A stretch of 64,000 nucleotides of DNA from Saprospiraceae bacterium (GTDB lineage Bacteria > Bacteroidota > Bacteroidia > Chitinophagales > Saprospiraceae). Numbering within the stretch: position 1 is the stretch's first letter; every line of letters starts with the position of its first letter. Below are positions 1-9,851 of the stretch, one piece after another. A program made the position numbers and the translations under genes. The DNA lies in assembly GCA_041739205.1 (NCBI GenBank), contig JBGSOH010000447.1, forward strand, positions 1,294 to 65,293, given 5' to 3'. The notes below the pieces were generated by a model. It searched no databases. It had not been told where the DNA came from and was given only the letters and a program-made list of their open reading frames with translations.

Positions 1-899
1 GCTGTTGTATCGCCAGTATTCCAAATATAAGCACTGCCACCACTCGCTGCCAAAGTTGTGTTGTCTCCTATACAGATTTCGGTGTCTCCACTTATAATTA
101 TAATAGGTAAAGGATTTACTATTACTTGAATACTACTTGTTTCTGAACAACCATTTAGGTCGGTTACAGTCACAGTGTAGATAGTTGTGACACTTGGATT
201 TACAGTAATGCTTGATGTTGTAGAACCATTGCTCCAATTATAGATATTGCCACCACTAGCTGTTAGTGTTGTACTTTCACCTAGACATAATACTGTATTA
301 CCAATAATGCTTACTTCTGGAAGTGGATTGACAATTACAGTAGTTACTGCTGAATCACTACACAAAAACGCATTTGTTATTGTCAAAGAATATGAAGTAG
401 TTACAATTGGAGTGACAGATATTGAAAACGTTGTTTCTCCTGTACTCCACAAATATGATCCACCACCAGATCCATATAAAACAGTTGTATCCCCAAGACA
501 AATTTCTGTATCTCCAACTATCACTGGAATAGGTTTAGGATTAACTGTAATCGTTTTTTGTGATGTGTTCTCACAATTATTGGAATCTGTGACTGTTACG
601 CTGTAAGTTGTTGTTTCGGTTGGTGAAACTGTTATTTCAGCTGTTGTTGCACCGTTACTCCATACATTTTGGTTTCCGCCACTAGCTATTAAAGAAGTAG
701 AGTCTCCCAAACAAATCGCGTCTAGCCCTGTAATAGAGACTATTGGAAGTGGGAATACTGTAACAACAGCAGAATCCGAAGCAGAACATCCATTACAATC
801 AGTGACTGTGACCGTGTAAGTTGTTGTTTCATTTGGGGTAACAATAATTTGTGCAATGGTATCACCAGTAGACCAAAGATAAGAAGATGATTCAATTGT
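1..899 (-). repeat. Second block of the same Ig-like tandem repeats (>=4 units), continuing beyond the window edge
   Basis: Same motif, e.g. LGDSTSLIASGGNQNVWSNGATTAEITVSPTETTTYSVTVTDSNNC and LGESTTLTASGGNIYNWSNGSTTSSITVNPSVTTIYTVTVTDLNGC. Confidence 0.75.
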
Positions 900-3800
900 C
901 GGAGATGACGGACATTCTCCACCATATATTTTTATATCATCTAACTCCCAACCAGGCATATTACCGCCACGATCAACTGTACAATATCCGTATAGCTCAA
1001 AAGTGAAGGTCGTGGTAGTTGTCAAATTATTAAATTCAGCATGATTTGAAAAATCAAAAGTTTCTACATTCCATGCTCTTTCAGTTGATAATTCATTTTG
1101 TGAGAAAACTAATTCTCCATTCTTATATACCCTTATTAGATATTTTTCATTGTAATCATTTATACCTGACACCCCATTTGTTGTCACCCATATTAGTGGT
1201 GATTGCTCTCTAAAAGTCAATTTAGTAAGTCTTCCATTTTCATTTGGATCTATTATCACTGAAAATTTAAGGCCATTTATTGGATTATAATTATTAGGGT
1301 CGCAACTTTCTAGTACGCCAAAACAAAGACCAGCACCGCCATTGCCATCAGGTGTGCAAGAATGGTCGCCTCTTTCACGACTTAAACTTGAACCAGTTAC
1401 ACTTGACATACCACCATTTGAAATACTAATGGAGGTAAACTCTTCGTAATTGTTCTGATTATTTGCACCATTGGCATTACATGCATCAAGATTCCAAATT
1501 AATAATAATTCATCTTCGCAATCTTCTTGACAAATAGTTGTACCTGTTACATTTGCAGTCAAGGTTGCACTGCCTCCAATACAAAACTCATCGTCTCCAG
1601 ATACTTCCAACTCCGGATTAGGATTAACAACTACAGCAAAAGCACTTGTGCCAGTACATCCATTCGTATCCGTGACTGTAACTTTATAAGTTGTTGTGGT
1701 ACTAGGTGTTACATATATTACATTTTGAATTTCACCAGTATTCCATAAGAATTGAACACCACCTGTTGCTGTCAATAATACTGAAGAACCTTCACAGATC
1801 TGATCTTCTCCATTAATATTTACGTCAGGAAGTGACATTACTGAAGCCATTCTGCTAGCTGTTGCAGTACATCCATTCACATCGGTAACCGTAACCGTGT
1901 AGGTTGTATTCAAACCAGGATTTACCATTATAGAAGATGTCACAGCACCGGTACTCCATTCGTATGAAACTCCACCAGATGCCGTAAGTAATGATGACTT
2001 ACCAACACAAAAACTATTGTTTCCAGTGATGATGGCAATTGGAAGAGGATTGACCGTTACTGAAATACTTGCTGTGTCAAAGCAACCAAATATATTACTC
2101 ACAGTAACTACATAATCTGTATTAACTGTTGGACTTACCTTGATGGAAGCTGATGTCATCCCATTAGACCATAGATAACTTGAGCCACCTGATGCGAGCA
2201 ATGATGTACTGTCAGAAATACAAATGATATTATCTCCAGAAATCTGTGCTGCGGGCACTGGTCGAACCAAGACAATCACGGTAGTATAATCTTGACAACC
2301 ATTGATATCCTTGGCCATCACCATGTAAGTGGTACTGGAAGTAGGTGATACCGTAATACTTGCGGTCGTTTCGCCTGTACTCCATTCATATTCCATACCT
2401 CCAGATGCAGTCAAAGTAGTAGATTCGCCTAAACAAATCTCCAAGTCGCCTGATATCGTTGGCGATGGCAAAGGATTGACTACTACTGTAGCGCTTGCAC
2501 TCGACTGACAACCATTTCCATCAGTCACGGTCACACTATATAACTGTGTCTCTGTCGGGGTTAGTGAAATCGAAGCACTTGTCTCACCTGTACTCCATAA
2601 ATATGATGTACCTCCAGAAGCTGTTAAAACCGTAGATCCACCAGTACAAATGCTTAGAATACCATTTATATTTGCTATTGGCAAACTATTCACTCTTACT
2701 AAAACAGTATCTGAGTGTTGACAACCTTTACAATCTGTTACGGTCACACCATATGAAGTAGTTGTACTTGGATTCACCACGATATTACTTGTAGTGTCAC
2801 CCGTAGACCAAAGGTAAGTAAAGGCGTCATTTGATGACAATCCACTACAACATCCACCAAATACTTTAATGTTATCGACTTCCCAGCCAGACATATTTCC
2901 ACCAACATTAGTAACGCAATATCCTCTCAACTCAAAGCGGAATACTGCGGTTTCTGTTATAGCGAAATCTGGATTAGTACTAAAATCAAAATTCTCTATA
3001 TTCCATGTTCTTTCTGTTAATCTATCGTCTTCTGCATAAATCAACAAGTCATTTTTATATACTCTGATGAGATATTTAGTATTATAATTATTTTTACCTT
3101 TGGAACCATTTGTTGTCATCCAGTCGAAAGGTGATTGTTCATTAAATGAAAAACCAGTAATCCTTCCTGCTTCAGCTGGTGTCAATGTCACTTCAAATCT
3201 GATAGCATTGTCTGAATTATAATCAGCAGGATCACAACTATTCATTGCAGGGACACAGATACCTACATCTCCCGCATAACTTCCGTTAACTGGTGTACAT
3301 GAGTGTTCGCCTTGAAGTCTAAAAATGTTTGTTGCAGTGACAGAAGTACAATTACCTAAGGAAGGATAAGACGGTGTAAATTCTGAATAATCTAATTGGT
3401 GAGATTGGCTGCTTGCATCACATTGATCTAAAGTCCAATTGACTAACAGTGAATCTAAAGTTGCAGGACATGTTTCTCTACAAATGGCTTGACCTGTTAC
3501 TGTTGCTTGTAAATTATGTACAGTACCAATACATGCAACTTTATCTAGGCCACCATTAACCGTAATTCCTCCAACATTAAGCATAATACTTGTTGTGGAA
3601 ATACAGCCTTTGGCATTAGTGTATCTTATAGTATAAAGACCTGAGTTCGTAGGCTGAACATTGTTTAAAGTCCAAAAAGTATTACCATCTGGTGTAGCAT
3701 CTGCATATCCATTAGGTCCAGAGATGAGCAGATTAGTTAATCCTAAAGATTGTAGCCCCAAGTTCACATTAGCACCTCTACAAACATCAACATAATTAGA

Positions 3801-4205
3801 TTGATAACTACCGAAACCGAGATTAACATGCGGTGTTAATTTAGTAGGCGTCCCTCCCGATACTGATATCATTTTTGATTCTAATACCTGACATCCACAA
3901 TCATTATGTGCGATTACTTTATAGTCACCAGAATTTATACCTGTAACTTTTATGGATTCAAGACCTTGCGTCAATAAAGTATCATTCTTAAAGATTTGAA
4001 TTAACCTTTTGCATGGATTTCCGGCTTGACCTGTTGCCAAAACTTCAAAAGATCCATCATAAGCATAGCAGGACGAAGGATCAATAATGTTTTTAAAACT
4101 TAAACCACATTGGGTAAATCCAATATTAGAAAAATAAGTAAAAAAAAGAAAAATCAAGGAAATTTGAAAAGTTCCTTTAATAAGTTTTTGAGTTGAGATG
4201 AGCAT
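1..4205 (-). CDS. Giant secreted cell-surface (adhesin-like) protein, N-terminal >=1401 aa. The ORF runs off the left window edge, so it has no stop in the window and is missing from the supplied ORF track.
   Basis: My own reverse-strand translation from the ATG at 4205..4203 gives MLISTQKLIKGTFQISLIFLFFTYFSNIGFTQC (signal peptide). This is followed by an SprB-repeat-like CYAYDGSFEV segment. Then come >=11 tandem ~72-aa units of the form ICxGxSxxLTASGGxxYxWSTGxTTxSIxVxPxxTTxYxVTVTDxNGC...VxVNPLP. I saw no in-frame stop down to position 3. Confidence 0.8.
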   Translation of the reverse strand, partial: MLISTQKLIKGTFQISLIFLFFTYFSNIGFTQCGLSFKNIIDPSSCYAYDGSFEVLATGQAGNPCKRLIQIFKNDTLLTQGLESIKVTGINSGDYKVIAHNDCGCQVLESKMISVSGGTPTKLTPHVNLGFGSYQSNYVDVCRGANVNLGLQSLGLTNLLISGPNGYADATPDGNTFWTLNNVQPTNSGLYTIRYTNAKGCISTTSIMLNVGGITVNGGLDKVACIGTVHNLQATVTGQAICRETCPATLDSLLVNWTLDQCDASSQSHQLDYSEFTPSYPSLGNCTSVTATNIFRLQGEHSCTPVNGSYAGDVGICVPAMNSCDPADYNSDNAIRFEVTLTPAEAGRITGFSFNEQSPFDWMTTNGSKGKNNYNTKYLIRVYKNDLLIYAEDDRLTERTWNIENFDFSTNPDFAITETAVFRFELRGYCVTNVGGNMSGWEVDNIKVFGGCCSGLSSNDAFTYLWSTGDTTSNIVVNPSTTTSYGVTVTDCKGCQHSDTVLVRVNSLPIANINGILSICTGGSTVLTASGGTSYLWSTGETSASISLTPTETQLYSVTVTDGNGCQSSASATVVVNPLPSPTISGDLEICLGESTTLTASGGMEYEWSTGETTASITVSPTSSTTYMVMAKDINGCQDYTTVIVLVRPVPAAQISGDNIICISDSTSLLASGGSSYLWSNGMTSASIKVSPTVNTDYVVTVSNIFGCFDTASISVTVNPLPIAIITGNNSFCVGKSSLLTASGGVSYEWSTGAVTSSIMVNPGLNTTYTVTVTDVNGCTATASRMASVMSLPDVNINGEDQICEGSSVLLTATGGVQFLWNTGEIQNVIYVTPSTTTTYKVTVTDTNGCTGTSAFAVVVNPNPELEVSGDDEFCIGGSATLTANVTGTTICQEDCEDELLLIWNLDACNANGANNQNNYEEFTSISISNGGMSSVTGSSLSRERGDHSCTPDGNGGAGLCFGVLESCDPNNYNPINGLKFSVIIDPNENGRLTKLTFREQSPLIWVTTNGVSGINDYNEKYLIRVYKNGELVFSQNELSTERAWNVETFDFSNHAEFNNLTTTTTFTFELYGYCTVDRGGNMPGWELDDIKIYGGECPSSPTIESSSYLWSTGDTIAQIIVTPNETTTYTVTVTDCNGCSASDSAVVTVFPLPIVSITGLDAICLGDSTSLIASGGNQNVWSNGATTAEITVSPTETTTYSVTVTDSNNCENTSQKTITVNPKPIPVIVGDTEICLGDTTVLYGSGGGSYLWSTGETTFSISVTPIVTTSYSLTITNAFLCSDSAVTTVIVNPLPEVSIIGNTVLCLGESTTLTASGGNIYNWSNGSTTSSITVNPSVTTIYTVTVTDLNGCSETSSIQVIVNPLPIIIISGDTEICIGDNTTLAASGGSAYIWNTGDTT
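900..1535 (-). other. Unrecognised ~212-aa Cys-rich module (copy B), paralogous to copy A
   Basis: Flanked by LTANVTGTTIC on one side and SSYLWSTGDT on the other. Contains LLIWNLDACNANG, GDHSCTP, KYLIRVYKNG and GGNMPGWELDDIKIYGGEC. By eye it is roughly 45-50% identical to copy A. Confidence 0.6.
1536..2834 (-). repeat. Tandem array of ~72-aa (~216-234 bp) Ig-like/PKD-like beta-sandwich repeats, about 6 units, inside the giant surface protein
   Basis: Recurrent protein motif LTASGG-x-Y-x-WSTGETT...TVTD-x-NGC...VNPLP. Recurrent plus-strand DNA strings include ccacc(a/t)ga(t/a)gc and gtgac(c/t)gt(g/a)ac. Confidence 0.75.
2835..3485 (-). other. Unrecognised ~217-aa Cys-rich module (copy A), nested in the SGG loop of an Ig-like repeat
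   Basis: Flanked by LQATVTGQAIC on one side and FTYLWSTGDTT on the other. Contains LVNWTLDQCDASS, GEHSCTP, KYLIRVYKND and GGNMSGWEVDNIKVFGGCC. Confidence 0.6.
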
Positions 4206-4466
4206 GAGTTACATTTTTATAACCAGAAAATTGTACAAATTAAAATATCCGAATAGCACTGCTAATCAGATCATTAAAAATAACTGCACTTATTTTTGGA
4301 TAGTAAAGATATGTAGTCTGCCCAACACTTTTTATTTAGTGGCAATGAAATTTCACATAATTATTTATTTAAATTGTAAGCATCTAAATGCTAATAATCT
4401 TATACAAATATAAAAAATTAAATGTATAATTATCAAAAAACTCAAAACTATACTAAATAGACAATT

Positions 4467-5618
4467 CTAAGATCCAAGCGTCACCATTACTTCTTTCAAA
4501 TCGTTGTCTCTTTTGAACTCAACTTTTACTTTTTCGCCAGGATTATATTTTTCTAAAGTAAGAATTAAGTCATTATTTGAAGCTACTTTTTTGTTATTTA
4601 TAGCTGTGATAATATCTCCAAAAATGATCTCTCCAGAACTATTTCTATTAAGTGCTTTTAGACCTGCTTTTGCTGCACCACCATTCGCTGTTAATGAAAG
4701 AATCATCGCACCTTCTACACCCCAATTTTGTGCATATTGTGTAGGTAATAATTCTACACCTAATACTGGTCTTTTTAGTTTGCCATATTTAATCAAGTCT
4801 GAAACCACCCAATTCACCTCGTCAACGGGAATAGAGAATCCGATACCTGCCGAAGCTCCAGAAGGACTGTAAATCATTGTGTTAACGCCAATAAGTCTCC
4901 CCGAACTGTCCAATAAGGGACCACCTGAGTTACCAGGATTGATGGCTGCATCTGTTTGAATTACGTCTCTTATGGGTCTACCTGTCAAAGATTTAATTTC
5001 TCTGCCCAAAGCACTTATCACGCCTGTAGTCAAAGATTGGTCAAGTCCAAATGGATTCCCAATAGCATAAACCGATTGGCCAACACGTAGAGTAGAAGAT
5101 TGACCAACGGGAATAGGTTTAAGTTTTACTTGTGGGACATCAATTTTTAATACTGCGAGGTCTTTATTAGGTTCAACACCTACTACGACTGCCACCCAAC
5201 TTGATCCATCTGATAAAGTCACTTTAAACTTATTCCCACCTTCGATTACATGAAAATTGGTAATAATATGCCCGTTTTCATCCCAAATAAATCCTGAACC
5301 TGTACCTCTAGGTACTTCGGTTACATTTCTTGTCCATTGATCTTCTCTAGAATTTATAGTTGTGATAAAACAAACTGATGGTGCAGATTTTTCAAACAAA
5401 TCTATGGTCGCTTGTTCAGAACTTGTTAGATACTGCATTGGAGAGACATCTCTTCTATGTCCGTCTTTTTGCACATTAGATTGATCATTAGTACTCTTTA
5501 TTTCTGCTGTGAGTGCATCTGCATCAGTATTTTTATTCTTAAAATTTGACCCAATTAGAAAGCCAAGACTAAGTACAATGATTGCTATTATGATATTTTT
5601 TATGTTCATCTTGTTCAA
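4467..5618 (-). CDS. htrA: HtrA/DegP-family periplasmic serine protease (trypsin-like S1C domain plus one PDZ domain)
   Basis: Signal/anchor segment IIIAIIVLSLGFLIG. Catalytic triad contexts TNFHVIEGG, KDLAVLKI and GNSGGPLLD. C-terminal PDZ-like segment GDIITAINNKKV. Confidence 0.85.
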   Translation of the reverse strand: MNKMNIKNIIIAIIVLSLGFLIGSNFKNKNTDADALTAEIKSTNDQSNVQKDGHRRDVSPMQYLTSSEQATIDLFEKSAPSVCFITTINSREDQWTRNVTEVPRGTGSGFIWDENGHIITNFHVIEGGNKFKVTLSDGSSWVAVVVGVEPNKDLAVLKIDVPQVKLKPIPVGQSSTLRVGQSVYAIGNPFGLDQSLTTGVISALGREIKSLTGRPIRDVIQTDAAINPGNSGGPLLDSSGRLIGVNTMIYSPSGASAGIGFSIPVDEVNWVVSDLIKYGKLKRPVLGVELLPTQYAQNWGVEGAMILSLTANGGAAKAGLKALNRNSSGEIIFGDIITAINNKKVASNNDLILTLEKYNPGEKVKVEFKRDNDLKEVMVTLGS

Positions 5619-5669
5619 CTTTATTTTTCTTTAAACATAAAATTAACAAAAATGTATTTATAAAAAATC

Positions 5670-6803
5670 TTAAATTCTTGCTAATTTTTTTAAATAGGGA
5701 GAAACCCTATATCTTTCCTCATGGTATTTTCCATAAAGCATATCCAAATGCCCCACAATTTTTACATACCCTAGATCATTTCCCCATTCTAATAAACCTT
5801 CTGGATAATTGACGCCCAATTTCATTGCAAGTTCTACATCTACTGCTGAACATATTTGCTGATACACAGTGTCAGCAGCTTCATTGATCAACATGCTCAT
5901 GATTCTAGTAAATATAGAATTCAATAGGCCTTGATCTTCGTTTGGTGTCAAGACATTGTCTTTGCTATAATCATAAAATCCACGACCACTTTTACGGCCA
6001 AGATAACCTGCTTCCATAAGACGTTGTTGTGTAAATGATGGCCTATATTTGGTATCGTAAAAAAACGATTTCCACACGGATTCTGTCACCTTGTAATTTA
6101 CATCATGGCCTATAAAATCCATGAGTGTAAACGGTCCCATTTTAAATCCATTTTTGGTCATTGCATAATCAATAGTCACGACATCAGCTATACCTTCTTC
6201 TAAGATTCTTATGGCCTCACTATAAAACGGTCTGGCTACTTTATTGACAATAAAACCCGGTGTATCTTTAGCGATGACAGCTGTTTTGCCCCATTGTGTG
6301 ATAATATCTTTTACTTGTGATGTAATGGAAATGTCTGTCTGAACGGCAGGAATAATCTCCACTAATTTCATCAAAACAGGTGGATTAAAAAAATGAATTC
6401 CTACACACCTTTCGGGCTTTTTGAGAACTGAAGCAATGGAGGTGATGGATAGTGATGATGTATTTGATGCAAGAATACAATCTAAAGAAACGATCGATTC
6501 GAGTGCTTGGAAAATTTCTTTTTTAATATTAATATCTTCGATTATTGCTTCTATAATCAGGTCACAATCAGATAAAGTCTCAAGCTTTTCGCAAAGGTAT
6601 ATTCTACCTACTATTGCAACTCCTTCAGATGTACTGATCTTTTCTTTTTCGACAAATTTGTCAACACTAGATTGTATATTTTGAAAAGCTTTTGATTTTG
6701 CCTCTTGACTTTTGTCAAAAATTCTTACTTCAGCTCCTGCCATAGCAGCTACTTGGGCTATGCCTGCTCCCATTGCACCTGCGCCAACTATTCCTACGAT
6801 CAT
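5670..6803 (-). CDS. 3-hydroxyacyl-CoA / 3-hydroxybutyryl-CoA dehydrogenase family protein with an extra C-terminal domain
   Basis: Rossmann motif IVGIVGAGAMGAGIAQV at the N-terminus. HFFNPP and TPGFIVNK motifs are typical of the 3HCDH family. Confidence 0.8.
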   Translation of the reverse strand: MIVGIVGAGAMGAGIAQVAAMAGAEVRIFDKSQEAKSKAFQNIQSSVDKFVEKEKISTSEGVAIVGRIYLCEKLETLSDCDLIIEAIIEDINIKKEIFQALESIVSLDCILASNTSSLSITSIASVLKKPERCVGIHFFNPPVLMKLVEIIPAVQTDISITSQVKDIITQWGKTAVIAKDTPGFIVNKVARPFYSEAIRILEEGIADVVTIDYAMTKNGFKMGPFTLMDFIGHDVNYKVTESVWKSFFYDTKYRPSFTQQRLMEAGYLGRKSGRGFYDYSKDNVLTPNEDQGLLNSIFTRIMSMLINEAADTVYQQICSAVDVELAMKLGVNYPEGLLEWGNDLGYVKIVGHLDMLYGKYHEERYRVSPYLKKLARI

Positions 6804-6835
6804 GATAAAATGTGTTTATGATTAAGCAAATAAAT

Positions 6836-9775
6836 TTAGTCTTGAAAAGGATCTTTTTCGTTCCAAAAATCCAATTTATGAAGATTTAAAGAAAAACTAA
6901 TTCTTTTAAAAAATGTATCATGTTGTCCTTTATAAATATTACCAAGATCTTCAGAATATATGATTGGTATATGTATAGCAAATATATCCTTAACATTAAA
7001 TGTAAAACCAGCGTTATACATGAAATTGTTTTTAAACTCCTTTTTCTCAGGCATGTTTTGGTCAATGCTTTCATATGTACTAAAGCTACCCGCATCAAAA
7101 TAAGCCCTTAAAGGCAACACTGGTAAGTCAAAACTAACATTTATAGAAGCTGCAAAATGATTGCTCGATCCGTAACTAAAAGCAGAACCAATAGGTGTTT
7201 TGAACCCACCACCTTGAGCTAAACTTGTGAAATTATCATGCGTCCTATTTTGGTTTTGTCTAGAGAAATAATACTCATCATATGTATAATCATTATGACT
7301 TTGATGTATCAAAGCAATACTCCCTCTACTAAATAGATTTTGATAACTTCCTGACTCTCTCTGTGAATTGCTCAAGAAACCTGAAGCAAATCCTCTAATA
7401 TAAATATTTTTGTCTTTTGCATACATATATCTTTGATTAAGTACAGCTGTCAATTTGAGATAGTTTTCTGTCTGCTCGATGGGCTTGTAAGATTGTTGTT
7501 CTAATGAAAACAAAACACCTGACGACGATAGCGTTGAAATTGATTTAAATTCGTATTCCATTCTGTGAATAAGCGAATTTTGATTTTCTAAACCATCATA
7601 AGTTCCTTGACTAAATTGCGGATATTCTTCACTTATCAAAAATGATTTTAGCGCTAATGATGACCTTTTGACTTTATTGCCTTTATGTTTAAAATGGATG
7701 GTGATGGATGGATCTATTCTGATATATCTTTGTGCATAATCCAATTTCCTGTTACGATCCATATCAAATGACTTAATACCTGCTCGATATTCTATGCTTT
7801 GAATTTTATTGCTATTCGATATAAACTGATGATAGCTAGCCCATGCTTGCCCAAGTAATTTCTGGTTTACAAATGAATAAAATGGTGTGGTTGCAAACCT
7901 AAATGTTTTTGGATCATTAATATTACTATTAGAAAATGATGTACCAAGCATAATACCATCATTATCATTATATGCTGGAGCAATCATAAATCTCAAGTCT
8001 CTCCTTCTCGTATCACCTTCTGAAACCAAACTGATCATCTTTATTGGGCCTCGATGACTATTTCGCTGCGGAAAGTAATGATTGTTTTCTCTGTCTATCT
8101 CTGGCAATGTTCCTGATTTATCGATCATTATGATACTGAAGCTGTCTAGACTTTTAATATCTGTTTTAACTACAAAATCACCCATTCTGCCATCAACAAA
8201 AAACTCTTGCAGTGACCCAGTATTTTCTACAAATGATAGAATAAATGGTAGAGAATCTGGACCACGATTTTGCATAATCACAGAGTAAAACCCATCATCA
8301 TTTCTCAAATCTTTAATAGCATAATCAGTTACGGGATTTTCATAAACGTACTTTTTTAATGGTAAATCTAGGGATTTTTCTGAGTTAGTATTTAGTTGAG
8401 AGATGAAGATATCCGGTGTGATTCTGACTTGTTTTTCTGAAAGCTGATGTAATGTTTTAATAAGACTTTCTTCGCCAGCCAATTGATCTACGTAGGTAAA
8501 AAATGCTGTTGATTTGCGCATTCGCTTTAACCAATCAACTTCAGGAATATTATCGTTATATTCTGAACTTAATGAAGGTACTTTTCTAAATCTCTGATTA
8601 AGATATAAATCATCCACAAAAGATGATGCAAACTCGCTTTTAGTGTCAATAATCTCATTTTGCACAGCATATTTATCATAATAATATCCAGTCAATCCTC
8701 TCTGCATCCAAGGATGATTATGAGAGCTGATATCAAAACTACCACGAACCCAAATAGCTGTTAAATAATCGGCCAGATAATCACTCAATACATCATCTTC
8801 GTCTGGTGCTTGCTCCATTATTAATCCATCGCTCAGATAACAATTAACACATTTCTCACCTATCATGATGGTCAGTTTTTCATAAGGATATGGACCAAAT
8901 TTCTCACACATTCCTTTAAAACTCTTTTCTAAGGCAATCACCATTTTCTCAAGACTATCTTCATAGAGCATTGAGTCAACCACCGCTATATCAAAGGGAA
9001 CATTTTTGTGATCGGGATAGCTGAGAACACCTGAAATATTTCTTTTCTTTTCACTAAACATCGTCACGGTGAGATCCAAAATATTGGTGGCTGAAATAGT
9101 CACAAAATAATCATCCAAGACTATCGATCCATTAGCATAAAAATCAAATCCACCCGGTGTCGTTAATTTAAGTTCTATGACACTTCGATAACCTTGCTCA
9201 TCCGAAAACTGTCTATGCTGACTTAATTGCCATTGATTCCCTTCATAAACAGCAAGCTTGGGATAAAAATTTCTTAAAAAATAATCTCCTTTTCTATAAC
9301 CCAATCCATCTCTTAGATAAGGAAGTTTAAGTTTGTAATTAAAAGAGATGTTACCATTAAATGATAAAATATCTTTTACTATTACTCCCACGATCTCTTG
9401 ACCATCATCCTTAAAAACATAGCTTAACGACTGATTACCAGACTTTACGATCAAATCTGATATTTTAGAAAGTTTGCTTTCTTTTGTAAAATAAAAATTA
9501 GTGCTCCCAAAACTAAGTTGCTCTTTTGTAAATGCATTATTTGTATTGCTATAAGCATTTGCCCATAAATGAAACCAAATGGTATCCTTGGGTAAACCAA
9601 GAGATTTAGGAATATCTATTTTTGTCAAAACTTCAACAGTATTACTAGCAGTATCTAGCTCTGCTTCAATATTGTATTCAGGCCTAGCATACTCTTGTGC
9701 ATGTATGAAACCCAAATTTGTTATAAAAATAAATATAAATATTCTCCAAGTCATATGGCTTCTATTTTTCTGCAA
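6836..9775 (-). CDS. Large secreted protein: an M1 aminopeptidase-like N-terminal region with degenerate zinc-binding motifs, plus a long beta-rich C-terminal region
   Basis: Signal peptide WRIFIFIFITNLGFIHAQ. GxMEN-like LIMEQ. HExxH(x18)E is replaced by LADYLTAIWVRG...WMQRGLTGYY (compare IAHELAHQWFGN...WLNEGFATY). The C-terminal ~400 aa has an alternating beta-strand pattern. Confidence 0.5.
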   Translation of the reverse strand: MQKNRSHMTWRIFIFIFITNLGFIHAQEYARPEYNIEAELDTASNTVEVLTKIDIPKSLGLPKDTIWFHLWANAYSNTNNAFTKEQLSFGSTNFYFTKESKLSKISDLIVKSGNQSLSYVFKDDGQEIVGVIVKDILSFNGNISFNYKLKLPYLRDGLGYRKGDYFLRNFYPKLAVYEGNQWQLSQHRQFSDEQGYRSVIELKLTTPGGFDFYANGSIVLDDYFVTISATNILDLTVTMFSEKKRNISGVLSYPDHKNVPFDIAVVDSMLYEDSLEKMVIALEKSFKGMCEKFGPYPYEKLTIMIGEKCVNCYLSDGLIMEQAPDEDDVLSDYLADYLTAIWVRGSFDISSHNHPWMQRGLTGYYYDKYAVQNEIIDTKSEFASSFVDDLYLNQRFRKVPSLSSEYNDNIPEVDWLKRMRKSTAFFTYVDQLAGEESLIKTLHQLSEKQVRITPDIFISQLNTNSEKSLDLPLKKYVYENPVTDYAIKDLRNDDGFYSVIMQNRGPDSLPFILSFVENTGSLQEFFVDGRMGDFVVKTDIKSLDSFSIIMIDKSGTLPEIDRENNHYFPQRNSHRGPIKMISLVSEGDTRRRDLRFMIAPAYNDNDGIMLGTSFSNSNINDPKTFRFATTPFYSFVNQKLLGQAWASYHQFISNSNKIQSIEYRAGIKSFDMDRNRKLDYAQRYIRIDPSITIHFKHKGNKVKRSSLALKSFLISEEYPQFSQGTYDGLENQNSLIHRMEYEFKSISTLSSSGVLFSLEQQSYKPIEQTENYLKLTAVLNQRYMYAKDKNIYIRGFASGFLSNSQRESGSYQNLFSRGSIALIHQSHNDYTYDEYYFSRQNQNRTHDNFTSLAQGGGFKTPIGSAFSYGSSNHFAASINVSFDLPVLPLRAYFDAGSFSTYESIDQNMPEKKEFKNNFMYNAGFTFNVKDIFAIHIPIIYSEDLGNIYKGQHDTFFKRISFSLNLHKLDFWNEKDPFQD

Positions 9776-9851
9776 AACTACATTTAAATAGTCATTATGC
9801 TAAAAATTTGACCAATAAAACCTTTATTACAATCTCGCAAAAATCATTCTT

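Noticed and set aside
247-1748. Plus- and minus-strand ORFs 247..606, 740..925 and 1527..1748 from the ORF track
   Set aside because: All lie inside the long uninterrupted minus-strand frame of the giant repeat protein (1..4205). Their translations are low-complexity shadows of the Ig-like repeats.
4198-4413. 71-aa plus-strand ORF in the spacer between the adhesin gene and htrA
   Set aside because: It lies in AT-rich intergenic DNA. The product is Ile/Asn/Lys/Tyr-rich with no recognisable motif. It overlaps the adhesin start codon region and probable promoter.
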